64,000 nucleotides of DNA from Octopus sinensis (GCF_006345805.1 NC_043009.1:2294001-2358000); one strand, 5' to 3'; counted from the stretch's first letter, positions 40,989-55,280 are shown. Notes: generated by a model not told the origin, from the sequence alone. A program made the numbers and translations.

Positions 40989-42305
40989 CAAAACCACTGG
41001 TGTAGATTCATTAGAGCTTAAATATTGAAACAAGTTTTATTTTTAAAGAGCAGTAATATATATTTATATGGCGGTAAGTGTGTGTGTGTATGTTTGTGTT
41101 GGTGGGTGTAGCTATTTTTATAATTATGCTACTTATATCGATATATTGAATAAAAATCCCTATGACTGAAGTTAGAAATCGCTAACACTGTAAGTAATGT
41201 AAGACAATCATCGGAAAAATCGATAGGGCAACGAATATAATATCGTATTAGCTTCTGAGGTTTGAACCCGTTGAACATATTATTACAATTTATCATTGAT
41301 ATTTAAGAAAAATAAACAACAGCCAATTAGTTAGGATGATAGGCTATTTAACCCTTATATCGTAGCTTGGACAATGACTATTTCAATAAATATTCAATTA
41401 TATAAAAATAGGAACTAAAATCCCCAAATTACTGAAAATTGTGTATGATACGAAAGAATAAAGGGTTAAATTAACTTATCTTGTACTAAAATATTTGATG
41501 ATTTAATCTCATTCAGCATTGATTGTGTAATGATTATATTGTTTGGAAGAAAATTTAATTATAAGTTATTTTACTTGCATTAGTTAAGTATATATAAAAA
41601 ATATCTAACTCCAAGTTTACGCTTGTATATAAAGTTATGTCCGATTCACACCGATCCATGCCGAGAGGAGATTACATGTTTACTCCACCAATTGAATGAG
41701 CTGTAATTGGCACTTGAAATCACACATACTGTCTTAAAAATGCTAATCCAAAAATCATAATTTTAATCCGGGACGGAAAAAATATAGATTGCACAGAGTT
41801 GCGATGACTTCATTTTTTGTATATATATTTAATTACGTCTGCCTGGTCTTGGGGAGATCAAGAACATTAATTAAAGAGAGAGATAATACATAGATGAACG
41901 CATATAAATTCCGAATATCGTCAATCCATATATACGGTACCAAATTTGTGATTTATAAAAAAAATAATAAATAAAATCGGCGCATGACTTTAAAAGCAGA
42001 GAACACAATGCCTTTATGTACTTAGTACGTTTCCAAGACTTACTTTTAGGTCCATTTATGAAGAGGTGAAAGCTTGATTATATTTTCCATTTTTTAACCT
42101 TCCACGTTTTTTACCCTTTCACATTGTCTTTATGCTTACTTCTCCACTTTTCGCGTTCGTTATGATATGTGGTTTGTGCCTGAAGACTATAAGATGTTAC
42201 ACATGGTATAATTCATTATTTGGCATGTTCTCAGCACAAGAAACTGTTAGTAGCACATTAAAACATATATTGTGTCTATTAGATAATATCAGTCTTTCTC
42301 TCTCG

Positions 42306-42338
<33 letters not shown>

Positions 42339-42753
42339 CACAAAAACACTGTATATATATATATGATTCTCTCTATTTGTACGTGTGGCTTATTCTGCAT
42401 GTCTCAATTTGTCTGGATAGATATAATCATAATCATCACAAGCAGTAACGCTATATGTATATATCGAAGTATTTATAAATCCTTCGAAAGTGTCACACAA
42501 ACAGTCTCAGGAATAAATTCACATCTTCCGTTGTCTGTGCGTCTCACGCACCTTATCCGGTTCACGTTATTGTGTTTACATCAATCAGCTTCCATTTTAT
42601 CCTCTGAATCTTTCAATCCGGGTACACTCAGTGAATATCATCAGATAATCACCCTGCATGAATTATATATTTATCACTTAATAGGGTACGGAAATATATA
42701 CAAGCATACATATATACATATACATATATATACACATACATACATACATACAT

Positions 42754-42797
<44 letters not shown>

Positions 42798-43223
42798 TTT
42801 TTTTTTTATATATATATACGAAGCTTAGTTCAAACCAAAGGCATGACAACATGTGGTGAGAAAAATATATCTGCTATGAATAAAATTACAACTGCGTTAT
42901 ATAGAGATGTGTTTAAGAGCGATACAAACACTTATTGATCTACTAGGTGATGAAGGAAAAAAACCATATTACTTCATAAATAATCATTAATAGAATACCT
43001 ACAAAAATTTCTCAAGGGCTGATTACCTAATAAAGAAGAGCGTGTATTAATATCGGATAATGCCATATGCGACTAAATATTTTTAGACATGAATTATCTG
43101 CCATATATATCATTAGTGTAATGTTTCAAATATGTACATACACACATATATACATACAGACATATTCCCTCTCTCTTTCTATCTCTTTCGCTGTTTATAC
43201 ATTACATACATACATACATACAT

Positions 43224-43257
<34 letters not shown>

Positions 43258-43400
43258 GATATATATATATATATATATAGATATATATATATATTAGAAG
43301 ACATGCACATCCACCTATACATACATACATACATACATACATACATACTACATACATACATACATATACATACATACATACATATACATATATATATATA

Positions 43401-43595
43401 GATGTGACCGCGTGTGTATCGTTGGCGATTTATTCTCCGTCTTCGCTTCCTTGGACCTTTCCTTTTCTATGTTTCTGACGAAGAGCTCCGCTCGAAACGT
43501 TAAATCCTCCTCCTTTCTTTCCTTTCCTGAGCGGCTAATAACACTATACTTGTTCCACGTCTTCGCGTTGTTGTTTTCTCTTGCTCATGTTGTAT

Positions 43596-43599
<4 letters not shown>
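43401..43599 (+). mobile_element. Family 2 PLE-LTR-like element with intact HHR (43471-43505)
   Basis: GTTT-CTGACGA-A-GAGC-TCC-GCTC-GAA-ACGT-T-AAAT. Confidence 0.85.
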
Positions 43600-43635
<36 letters not shown>

Positions 43636-43639
<4 letters not shown>

Positions 43640-43837
43640 ATACAAACATGAGCAAAGAGAAAACAACAACGCGAAGACGTGGAACAAGTATAGTGTTATT
43701 AGCCGCTCAGGAAAGGAAAGAAAGGAGGAGGATTTAACGTTTCGAGCGGAGCTCTTCGTCAGAAACATAGAAAAGGAAAGGTCCAAGGAAGCGAAGACGG
43801 AGAATAAAATCGCCAACGATACACACGCGGTCACATC
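43636..43837 (-). mobile_element. Inverted, near-identical copy of 43401-43599 (HHR at 43732-43766)
   Basis: Reverse complement across a central (TA)n. Confidence 0.85.
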
Positions 43838-43851
43838 TATATATATATATG

Positions 43852-43883
<32 letters not shown>

Positions 43884-44029
43884 TGTATGTATGTATGTAT
43901 AGGTGGATGTGCATGTCTTCTAATTAGCAAGCTTTGTAGCCTTCATACTTCACTTGGTTTGTAAAATTGGTCTGCGTAATCAACCAAAGGCGAGATTCAA
44001 ATTTTACCTCAAGGTGAGCAGTTTTTGGA

Positions 44030-44200
44030 AAGAGGGCAATCAATGCCCCCCAGATTTCAACTTCTACTTAATAAAGTAACGCCGAAATGATGAAAGGCAA
44101 CGTCCACCTCAGCGAAATTTGAACTGAGAACTTAAAGACAAACGGAATGCTGCTAATTCATTTTCCTGGCGAGTTAATGATACTAGCAGTCCGCCGCCTT
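44030..44200 (-). mobile_element. SINE family B, degraded
   Basis: GATGAAAGGCAACGTCCACCTCAGCGAAATTTGAACTGAGAAC...CCGCCGCC. Confidence 0.75.
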
Positions 44201-44205
44201 ATCTA

Positions 44206-45493
44206 TCAGATCATCCCATAAGTTCTGTCCGATCTTACCTTTTTTAAAATTGAATGAAATTCAGTAGTATTTTAGAATGTCTAATGGAATTTAAAATTAT
44301 TTTTATGCATTTGTGTACATTTAAACTAATTAAATATTATTCTATACAGAATAATAGAATAAACATTTCTTTGATTAAAACCCTTTCTAATATGGAAGTA
44401 TCCAAAGAGCATTTGAGGTACATAATGCTTTATGATTACAAAAAAGGAAACTCTGCAGCCGAAGCAACTCGAAACATGCACTCAGTTTATGGGAAAGAAT
44501 GCTTGAATGAAAGAACTTGCAGAAAACGGTTTGCAAAATTCAGAAGTAGATATTTCAGCCTTGAAGATGAAGATCGAAAAGAACGTCCAGTTGAGTTTGA
44601 TGATAAGCTGCCTGAAGCATTACTTGAAGAAAATCCTGCGTTATCAGTTGAAGAATTGGCAATGGAGCTTAGTTCAAACTATACAACTGTTCATCGTCAT
44701 CTTCAACAACTTGGAAAGGTTCCTAAACTTGGAAAATGGGTGCCTCATGACTTGTCCAAAAGCAACCGCAAATCCCGAGTTGACATCTGCTCTTCTCTCC
44801 ATTCTCGCAAACTCATTTCACCCTTTTTGGATACACTTCTGACTGGTCACGAACAATGGATGTTCTATCGAAATATTAAACGTCGTAAACAGTGGCTTGG
44901 TAAAAGGGAAAAAGCTCAACCATAACCGAGAAGAGAACTCCATGGGAAAATGTTCTTCTCTCTATCTGGTGGGATTGCGAAGGAGTAATTCACTTTGAAT
45001 TGTCACCACCTAATGCATTAATCAATGATCAAGTCTACTGTCAGCAATTAGAGCATCTGAACCAAGTTTTGAAGGAAAAAGATGCGCTTTAGTGAATCGA
45101 AAAGGAGCGATGTTTCATCAGAACAATGCGCGACCCCACACTGCAAAGATCCCATCACAGAAGATCGAGGAGCTTCGTTGGGAGAAAATTCCTCATCCAC
45201 CTTATTCTCCCGACCTTGCTCCTTCAGACTACCATTTGTTTCGTAGTTTACAGAATAATTTGGGGGACATAACTTTCGCAAGTGAGGAGGAGGTCGAAAC
45301 TGACATTTCTGAGTACTTCGTTTTCAAACCAAAAGAGTTTTACATTGATGGGATTAAAAAGCTTGTAAATAGATGGAAGGAAGTCATAGATAATCAGGGA
45401 AAATACATTGATGATTCAATTTAAATTTAATATAACATTTGATCACTTGTTTTCTTCATTCAAACTTCGGACAGAACTCATGGGATGACCTGA
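44206..45493 (+). mobile_element. Full-length mariner DNA transposon (1288 bp)
   Basis: TIRs TCAGATCATCCCATAAGTTCTGTCCGA / TCGGACAGAACTCATGGGATGACCTGA (2 mismatches), TA target duplication. Confidence 0.95.
44392..45424 (+). pseudogene. Mariner D,D34D transposase pseudogene (Hsmar1/cecropia-like)
   Basis: WVPHDL and YSPDLAPSDYHLF motifs; catalytic TGDE->TGHE and HQDN->HQNN; stop at 44923, frameshifts near 44950 and 45080. Confidence 0.93.
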
Positions 45494-46324
45494 TATAATG
45501 AAGATTAAGATAAATATTCTTTTCTAATCTAGCCACAAGACCTGAAAATTTTTAGGGGTCCAGTCGATTAGATCGACCACTGTGCGCAAACTGTACTTAA
45601 TTTATTGACCCCGAATGGATGAAAGGCAGAGTCGACCTCGGCGGAATTAAGATAATTATTAAGATCTCTTTTAAGTTATCATAATAGTTATCTTAACTAT
45701 TAACTACATCCTTTCGTGGTCGACAAATGACATAACCGCTTACTACTGAAGTCGATATAATCGACTTAACCCTCACCTGAAATTGCTGGCCATATGACAA
45801 AATCTGGACCAACATTCATAATGGATTTCACTCTGATGTCATTATGGTCATAAAGAATACGTAAATGTTGTTGTCGTTTTCTTGAAGTTTCATGGTTTGA
45901 TTCTTATTTCATAATTACTTTCTTTCTGTAAACTTTCGTAAACATATTACATACTCCTATAACTAATCATATGCCACCGAGGGTTATAGTGTGACGGTTA
46001 AAGCTCGCGTCGCACCTCACCTCTAAGTATTTCTTCATACTTCCCTTGGATTGTTAACTAAAAACCTAATATGTCATCGAATCTGACAATTCGTTAAGGC
46101 GAGAAACTTTCCTACTTCTGACGGTGAAAAAGTAAAAATGCTGAGTAATTACGATACGTTGGAGTAATGCAGTGGCCTTAGTTAATTACGTAGAATTCCT
46201 TCTTATATGCCTCTGTATCATATCTACAAAGCCTGTGTTTTTGCGGGAAGGACTAATCTATCATATCAACCGTAGTGTTTGGCATGTATTTTAATTCTAT
46301 AACTAATCACATATCAGCGAGTAT

Positions 46325-46885
46325 TGTGGTGTGAGAGTTAAAACTCCGAAAGGTTGAAGGACAAAGTCCACCTCGGTGGAATTTGAAATCCAAACGTAAA
46401 GACAGGCGAAATATCGATAAGCATTTTCTTCGGAGATCCAACGATTCTGCAAAATCGCCTCTTTAACATTCCTAATATTAATATGTTCAACGGCATTTCG
46501 TTCGTTTTTACGTTCTGAGTTCAAATTCGGCTGTGGTTGACTTTATCTTCCATGTTTTCGGGTTCGATAATATAAGTACTTGTTGAACACTGAGGTTGAT
46601 TTAATAGACTTAGCCCTATCCAAAATTTACTGGCCTTGTGAACCAATTTGAAACCATAATTAATATATAATAAGGCGGCAAGCTAGCAAAATCGTTACTA
46701 GCTGAGGAGAGTACTGAGTATCATTTCGTTCGTCTTTACGTTCTAAGACCAAATTCCATCGCAGTTGATTTTACTTTTCATCCTGTCGGAATCAATAAAA
46801 TATGTACCGATTGAGTACCAGGGGTTGACAAAATCGATTTAACCGGCTCCCTCGATAGTGCTAGCCTTGTGTCAAAATTTTAAGC
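46325..46885. mobile_element. Cluster of three degraded family B SINEs (46325-46482 -, 46490-46650 +, 46673-46885 +)
   Basis: Each retains TTACGTTC..AG.TCAAATTC and the GTCGATAA..AGTAC core. Confidence 0.75.
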
Positions 46886-47210
46886 CAATATTATTACACA
46901 TTTTCCCTAATCAAATACTCTGTAAACTTGTTTCGAAATCCATTTCAAAATTCTTAATCACATACAAGCACACACTCCTACCCAAAGGAAAATACGAAAA
47001 TATAAGTACATAGATGCTCACAATATAAATATTCTCCGAGATATATAAACTTATATGTGCATTTCTCAACCTCTCCCTCACTTTCTCTCTCTTTCTTTCT
47101 CTCTCTCATACACACACACATACGCACACACACACATACAAACACACGTATACATATATATTAAAAGTCAGGGTACTATATGCAACTGCTTGCTAGAAAG
47201 AAGAGTTAAA

Positions 47211-47491
47211 GCGGTTAGAGCAGCGGACTCGCGATCGAGAAATCGCGGGTTCAAATCTCAGACCGGGCGATGTATGTGTTTATAAGTGAAACACCTAAGC
47301 TCCACGCGAAAAAAGAGGGCGGCAAGCTGGCAGAAACCTTAGCACGCCGGGCGAAATGCTTAACTGTATTTCGTCTGCCGCTACGTTCTGAGTACCAGTT
47401 ACGAACTGGGGTCGATATAATCGACTTAATCCGTTTGTCTGTCCTTGTTTGTCCTCTCTGTGTTTAGCCCCTTGTGGGCAATAAAGAAACA
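47211..47491 (+). mobile_element. Chimeric SINE (family A 5' part fused to family B) with 16-bp TSD
   Basis: AGAAAGAAGAGTTAAA at 47195-47210 and 47492-47507. Confidence 0.8.
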
Positions 47492-47622
47492 AGAAAGAAG
47501 AGTTAAAACTCTCTAAAACCAAGCATATCTTACTATACGTAAACATACACGGAGAATGTAGCAAATACATTTAGAAAATACGGTCGTCCCAATTTGTAAA
47601 TGTTCAAAGAAAACAGAGATAT

Positions 47623-47681
47623 CCCGGTATCAATTGCTTTCGCTTTCTGTGACGAAAGACACTTAAAGCTCATCAGCTTGG
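47623..47681 (-). ncRNA. Type I hammerhead-like motif next to (TA)n
   Basis: CCAAG-CTGATGA-GCTTT-(18 nt)-AAAGC-GAA-AGCAATTGAT-A-CCGGG; stem I has 2 mismatches. Confidence 0.55.
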
Positions 47682-47709
47682 CTTACTACGCAAACTATTT
47701 TAAAAAGAT

Positions 47710-47830
<121 letters not shown>

Positions 47831-49416
47831 CCGCGCGTGTGTGTGTGTGTGATTGTGTGATAGAGTGTGTGTGTGTTTATATATATATATATACATATAT
47901 TTACACATATGTGTGTGTGTGTATACACGTCTGCACTTATATAATTCTACCTTCCATATGTGTCCATCAGTTACCTGTATATGTACATACATATATATAT
48001 ATGTGTATATACATATATATATATATATATATACAAATATATATATACACGCATATATATATACACACATATATATATACATATATATATATACATATAT
48101 ATATATATACACACACATATATATATGCATATATTTAATTATATATATATATATATATTTTTATGTGTGTGTGTGTGTGTGTTGACGTGACTACCCAAAG
48201 CCTATTCCACTTGATGTAAGAATCGCTAATTCATATCTCTCATGTAATAAACGAAACAACCTTTGTTACATAGAGGATGTGATTCTCAAATTTCCCACAG
48301 GACTCTTCCAACTAGCGCATGATATTGTGCACAATAATCTCAGCATGTTTAACTGACTAAATCCTCAAGCTGTGTATCGACACTCGATTGAAATTTCTCG
48401 AAATAATCCGCACAGGTTTTAACTGTAATTGAAATAAACGACGGTTACTTAGCCATGTTATGTTGCTCTTGTTTTCTATGATGGATGGATTTCTCCGTAC
48501 ATCTGTATTTGTATCTATATGCAACAAATATGGCGACTGCGCTTGTCAGTCAGCATAATTAAAATTTCATTGATACCTTCGTTAGGCTGTGAATCCTATC
48601 AAAATGTATTCGATGGTTCAAATCTGGGCTAAATCCTACATAATACTATATTATATTATATTATATTATATAACTTTTTTTATTATATTACATCATACTA
48701 TATCATATGCGGTATATTAAATTATATAATATCATAGTAATGTCTAGGGCCGAAGATGTCGATTGATGAGCTCTTGTCGAGAGAGTGCCTGGATTTGAAT
48801 ATTTCCCATCGGGATTTATGCCTAGCTCTGCTTTCTTACCTTCGCATGCAAACAGATTCAGTTACCTGAATCAGTTTGCTCATGAATTTAGACATTACTA
48901 AGATATATTGTCATAGAGAAGATGTAGACATATGCGTAAGCGTACGCGAAAAAAAAATTACTAGTATTTTATGCAGACTAGACTTCAATAATGGATTTCT
49001 TCTCTGTAAGCATATTTAGTATTAATATATTGTTCTATGATAATACAGACTTATGCTGTGTATCTATCTGTACATAATGGGCCGTTTAAAGAATGGATTA
49101 CAAGTTGATAGATTCTCCATTTCACTTCACGCTGTTAGATATCCATTTTCCCATCATTTATCACTTTATTCTACAACCTAATTACTAAGGAACTAGACCT
49201 TATTTTATTATTTTCTTCAGTGAAATTTTTTTAGATTTATTTTATTAATCATTTATAACTCAAGAAATAACGTTCCAACATATAATCAATTAAAAAATAT
49301 ATGTATAATTCGTTAGAGTGCAAATGATGTACATAGGTTAGTCCCTAAATTTACCACAAAGCTGATCCTAAAGAACCAGCTTACTGGCTGACAAGTAAAT
49401 TATTACGGCTTCATTA

Positions 49417-49434
49417 TCCATTATATAAAATCCG

Positions 49435-49469
<35 letters not shown>

Positions 49470-49884
49470 TTCTAGAATCTCGAGCATCCTCCATCCGATT
49501 GCGCTCAAATTTGATATGTAGACACCGACGATATCAGGGCGAGTATAAATCTTGAAAAAGTTACAAAAATCGATTCCAGGTGAGAATGCGATTGATAAAG
49601 CAGTGGAAACGTGCATTTGTAGGCGCAAGTACATCAGCTGTTGCGATGTACTTACTAGTACTTTAAACTCTTTGGTTGCATATTTGTGTGAATAAAATCG
49701 TTTTTGGGGGGGATTAGAAAAAAGTCTATCTTTATTTCTTCTTTTGCTGGTATCTCAAATTTAGGTTAAATCAGTGTTTCTCAAAGGGGAGGGCTATGGG
49801 ACGGTCGGACAAGTTGTTTTGAGAAAATTTGGTTTAAATGTTTGCCAACTCAGCACCGTCCATTGGACGGGGTACTTTTGCTCG
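49417..49884 (+). mobile_element. Non-autonomous Helitron-like element (copy 2, complete)
   Basis: A|TC 5' end, (GT)n, terminal hairpin CCGTCCA-T-TGGACGG then CTCG|T; internal hairpin plus CTAG|T at 49627-49659. Confidence 0.65.
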
Positions 49885-50324
49885 TATTTTATATCTATGA
49901 AGAAAAGAAATGTGTCAAAAAACCCCACTTAAACCACCATACGAATGACATTTATTTTACTGATGTTCATTCAGCATTCCACAAATATCATCCTCATATC
50001 TCTTATGTGATCGAAACGTGAAGCTTCGATTAACCAATTAAAGATGGAGATTGTGCAAATCGTATAATCTAATTGAGTATTCCCTCCTTATTTCAAATAC
50101 CAAAATTATAAATATTCATACCTATTTAATTGTTGATATATCTACTTCCTAAATAATGGATCAAAGTTTCCACTGGATCGGAGATAACAGATTGATTTAC
50201 TGTAATCATTCTAATGGATGTAAACAGTGAACCTCGGAGAAATTTGAATTCAGTTCAGAACTGTCATGGATCATTTGAAATTTTGATATAAGCATTATGT
50301 CACACCGACCTGTGGTTAAAATGC

Positions 50325-50700
50325 TCACGTTGAAACTACATTGATTTCTGTTTAGTCTCAGTGGGCGACATCATGTGCCAGTAACTTCTACAATAGCTGC
50401 GGGCCGACTAGTGACTTCTGAGTGAATTTTGGTGATGGAAACTGTGTAGAAGTTCTTAGTGTATTAGTGTATGTATGTGTGCGAGAGTTTGTGTCAGTGT
50501 GTCTGCCTCCTATAAAAGCTTGACAACTGATGTTATTTTGTGTACGTCACCTTATTCTAGCATTTCGTCAAAAAAAAAAAAAGACTGATCTAATAGTTAG
50601 CAGACTTAGAAAATGTCTAGCAGATAGATGTGTTTGACTGAATGCTTGAAGATGGTGCTCCAGTGTGGCTGCAGTCCAATAATCGAAACAAGTAACTGAT
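50325..50700 (+). mobile_element. Degraded CORE-type SINE
   Basis: Colinear with 59681-60055, tail GATGGTGCTCCAGTGTGGCTGCAGTC. Confidence 0.65.
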
Positions 50701-51111
50701 AAAGGATAGAAGATGCGTCAGCAAATTGAAATTAGTTTCAAATCCAGGAGTAATGATATTTGCGTCACAAACAATAAATACATCATCCAGTGTTTTGTTC
50801 CAGAATTGAAGAAAGAAAAATCATATTTTCAAGTTGCCGTCAGGAGCACAAACGCTTCATTTGAAATTACACGATGACAATTAGAGAAGAGCCGTTACCC
50901 TAATACTTTTGTGCTGACCATAGAACCATTCTCTCAAGTTCCAACTTAGTAGCGTCTGTTGTATCAACCGAATAAAACCGGAATTCAAATTACGTAAGCC
51001 TGGATAATCAGTCATAAATTAGCATGTGTATCTTTACTTCCATAATCATACATACATTACCTAATGCACTATAAACAAATGTTAGGTGTATATATATACA
51101 CATATACATGT

Positions 51112-51154
<43 letters not shown>

Positions 51155-51484
51155 TATACATGTATATGTATATATGTACATACATATGTATATATATGTG
51201 TGTATATATACATATATAAACAAAGGCAGACGACACAATTATAGATACATATATACACACACAGAATGATGCATGCGAAGCTTGTGGATAGGGAGACATC
51301 TGCGTATGTACAATTGTATCTGCGTAAGCACGTAGACATCATATTCTCATATTAGCTTTTATAGATATGTAACGTATATTGTTCAACAGCTTCATACATA
51401 TACGATATATATATATACATACATACATATATAATATATATAATATATATATACATATATATATATATATTATATATATAATAT

Positions 51485-51522
<38 letters not shown>

Positions 51523-52011
51523 CATTGTTCGATAATATACTTGGTATTGCATTCCTGTTTACGGTCAAATAGCGTAAAGTGTCGCAATGGGAATTACATC
51601 TAACTGCAATAAACTCCGATAAAATGTCAAAATTGAACTCAAAAAAACATAATATGGCATTCATACACCAAACATACCCTTTTGGGGTTGTGTTGTACAG
51701 AATTCTTACAAAATATACCAACATAAAGGTAGAATTCGGTTACGTTACAAGTTTATTGGTTGTTGGTTAGTCGGACTGTTCTCTATTCGGCCAACGCAGC
51801 TAGCTCTATAATGATGCATCGACCATTCATACATAATAAGCACACTGACATCTGTATCTATATCTATCTTTCTATCTATCTGTCTGACTATCTAGCTAGC
51901 TAGCTAGCTACATATCTATCTCTCTATCTATTTATCAATCTTTCTATCTATATAGACGCATACATATACACACACACATACATATATGAATACATACACA
52001 CTCACACACAG

Positions 52012-52039
<28 letters not shown>

Positions 52040-52042
<3 letters not shown>

Positions 52043-52195
52043 CGACTGGCTTCTCTCAGTTTCCGTCTACCAAATCCACTCACAAGGCTTTGCTCAGCCT
52101 GAGGCTAAGGCAAAAGACACTTTCCCAAGGTGTCACGCAGTGGGCCTCAATCCGGAACCATTTGGTAGGTAAGCAAGCTACTTACTACACAGACA
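52040..52195 (-). mobile_element. CORE-type SINE 5' half
   Basis: Matches 17400-17550. Confidence 0.85.
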
Positions 52196-52227
52196 TTTCC
52201 TCGCTTATTAAAAAGTAGGCTTTCCCA

Positions 52228-52293
52228 TCGCGTCGGATTCGAACCCACACCACTTTGTTAATGTGACTAAGTGTGTTAACATTACACCAGCGA
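52228..52293 (-). other. tRNA-like pseudogene or isolated SINE head
   Basis: TGGTGTAATG A-box and GGGTTCGAATCC B-box; cloverleaf not convincingly closed. Confidence 0.4.
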
Positions 52294-52312
52294 AGTAGCC
52301 TATATATTATAT

Positions 52313-52435
<123 letters not shown>

Positions 52436-52461
52436 CTATATATATATATATATATATATAT

Positions 52462-52800
52462 GTAGGTCCCGGGTTGATCCGGGGTTAACCACAGTAAGTA
52501 AGGTACTCAATACATAGCAGAGTAAAATTAATTTATTATATAGAAGGAGCTTCTACAGGACTAGTACTGTTTCATTCAAGAGAAATCTTCAGGAAGCTAT
52601 TTAACAAGAATTGTATTAGCATTTATACATTTAGGCAGGTTTAAAGGAGTGGTGTTGGGGGACTTTTTTGGGGGTAGGCATAGCGCAAAATATCATACTT
52701 GGGGGAGTGGTCAAGGAGTCAGTGGTAAGTTAGATGAAAGAATAGATAAATAAAAAAATAAAAAATAAAAAATAAATAATAAAAAATAAAAAAATAAAAA
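52462..52800 (-). mobile_element. (TA)n-abutting PLE-LTR-like element
   Basis: Contains the canonical HHR at 52548-52598; no ORF. Confidence 0.6.
52548..52598 (-). ncRNA. Type I hammerhead ribozyme with complete stems
   Basis: AGCTTC-CTGAAGA-TTTC-TCTT-GAAT-GAA-ACAG-TACTAGTC-CTGT-A-GAAGCT. Confidence 0.8.
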
Positions 52801-52924
52801 AAATAAAATGTGTGCACATACATACATAAACACATATACATACACACACACATACGTACACATGTGTGCCTATACATACCTACACATACACACATACACA
52901 TACATATATATATACATATACATA

Positions 52925-52958
<34 letters not shown>

Positions 52959-53129
52959 CACATATATATATACACAATCCAATACAGGCCCATTCCCTAA
53001 TTTTAATTTTATTATCTTCATTTATTACTTTTGTTATCTTTGATCGCTAGAGCTAAGGATCCTGGCGATGGCAGCATGTCCAAATTGTCTGTCTACTAGA
53101 AGGCAAGTACTCGTTCCCGCACGCACACT

Positions 53130-53722
53130 CATTAGCACGTACATACACCCATTCGTACACTCATACACATACACGTACGCACGCGTTAATTTCATACATA
53201 CAAACATCTACATACGTTCACGTATACACACATACGTACTCGTACCTACAGATTCATGTCTACACTTTAGGAGGCTAGTCTATATATATACACCAATAAA
53301 TATACATATATATATAATATATATATATACATATATATATAACATATACACATACACACACACACACCACATATATATATACTCCTACATACAGATACAC
53401 CCTATATATATATTATACATACACACATACATGTACATATATATATATATACATACATATATATATATATTATATACATATATATATATATATAACATAC
53501 ATACATACACACACACCATATATATATACACACACATACATACACATATATATACATACACAAACATATATACACACATTTATATATATACATATATACA
53601 CAATACATACACACACCTACATACATATACACACAAACACATACATACGTAAACATACATACATACATCCATACATCCATACTTACTACACTTATACGCA
53701 TACACACACCCCCATCTTATAT

Positions 53723-53759
<37 letters not shown>

Positions 53760-54435
53760 CACACCCACACAAACATAAAAAAATATACCCCCACACTACA
53801 TACATACATACACGTATACGCATACACGCACATACACATATACATGCGTACCCATACACGTGCCCACACGCACATGCATCCATATGTATACACACACACA
53901 CATATATACACGTGTGCAAGCATACATACATACTCATACACGCACACATACTTACATATACATATATGCACACACTTACAACATATATACATACACATAT
54001 ACATGCATACATACATATATGCATACATACACATACACGCACATACACTATACACGCGTACCCATACACGTGCACGCACGCACGCGCATCCATATATATA
54101 CACACGCACACATATATATACACGTGTGCAAGCATACATACATACTCATACACGCGCACATACTTACATATACATATATGCACACACTTCCACACATATA
54201 TACATGCACATATACAGCATACATACATATATGCATACATACCACACGCGCACTCATCATATTACATATATATATATACACACATACACATATATACATA
54301 TACATATATGTATATATATATAATATATATATATTACACATATACACATACACACATTATACACATACACCACATACATATATATACACATATACACATA
54401 CACATACATGCACACATACACACACATACACATAC

Positions 54436-54476
<41 letters not shown>

Positions 54477-54568
54477 TACACACACATACACATATACACA
54501 TACATATATACACACATACATACATATACATACACACACACATACATATATACACGGATACACATACC

Positions 54569-54614
<46 letters not shown>

Positions 54615-54731
54615 TATACACATGCATATACTTATATCTCTACATACTCACATATAAACATATATATATATACACACACACATATATATACATGTACACA
54701 CACATACACATATACATACATATATACACAT

Positions 54732-54762
<31 letters not shown>

Positions 54763-55280
54763 CACATACATATACATATATATACATATATATATATATA
54801 CACATATATATATACATATACCCCCACATATATACATATACACACATATATATACACACATATATACACACACACACACACATACATATACACATATACA
54901 TGTATACATACGCAATAATGATACACATATATACACATACACACACACAGACAGATGCATATACATACATATATATATAAAAATTACATATCTATATAAA
55001 TTCATACATAATACACATATACACACACATATATACATACATATACATACATATATGTATACATATATATATATATACATATATATACATACATATACAT
55101 ATATATACATATATACATACACATGCACATACATATACAAATATACATACACATGCATACACACACACGCGCGCACATACATATACACACACACATATAC
55201 AAATACATACATACACACATACACACACGCACCTATATATACATACATGTACACATACACATATATATATATATCAACAA
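53130..55280. repeat. About 2.1-kb compound (TA)/(CA)/(TACA) low-complexity array
   Basis: Directly visible; source of the long H/T/I/Y ORFs; includes a duplicated block (about 53850-53975 and 54060-54190). Confidence 0.95.
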
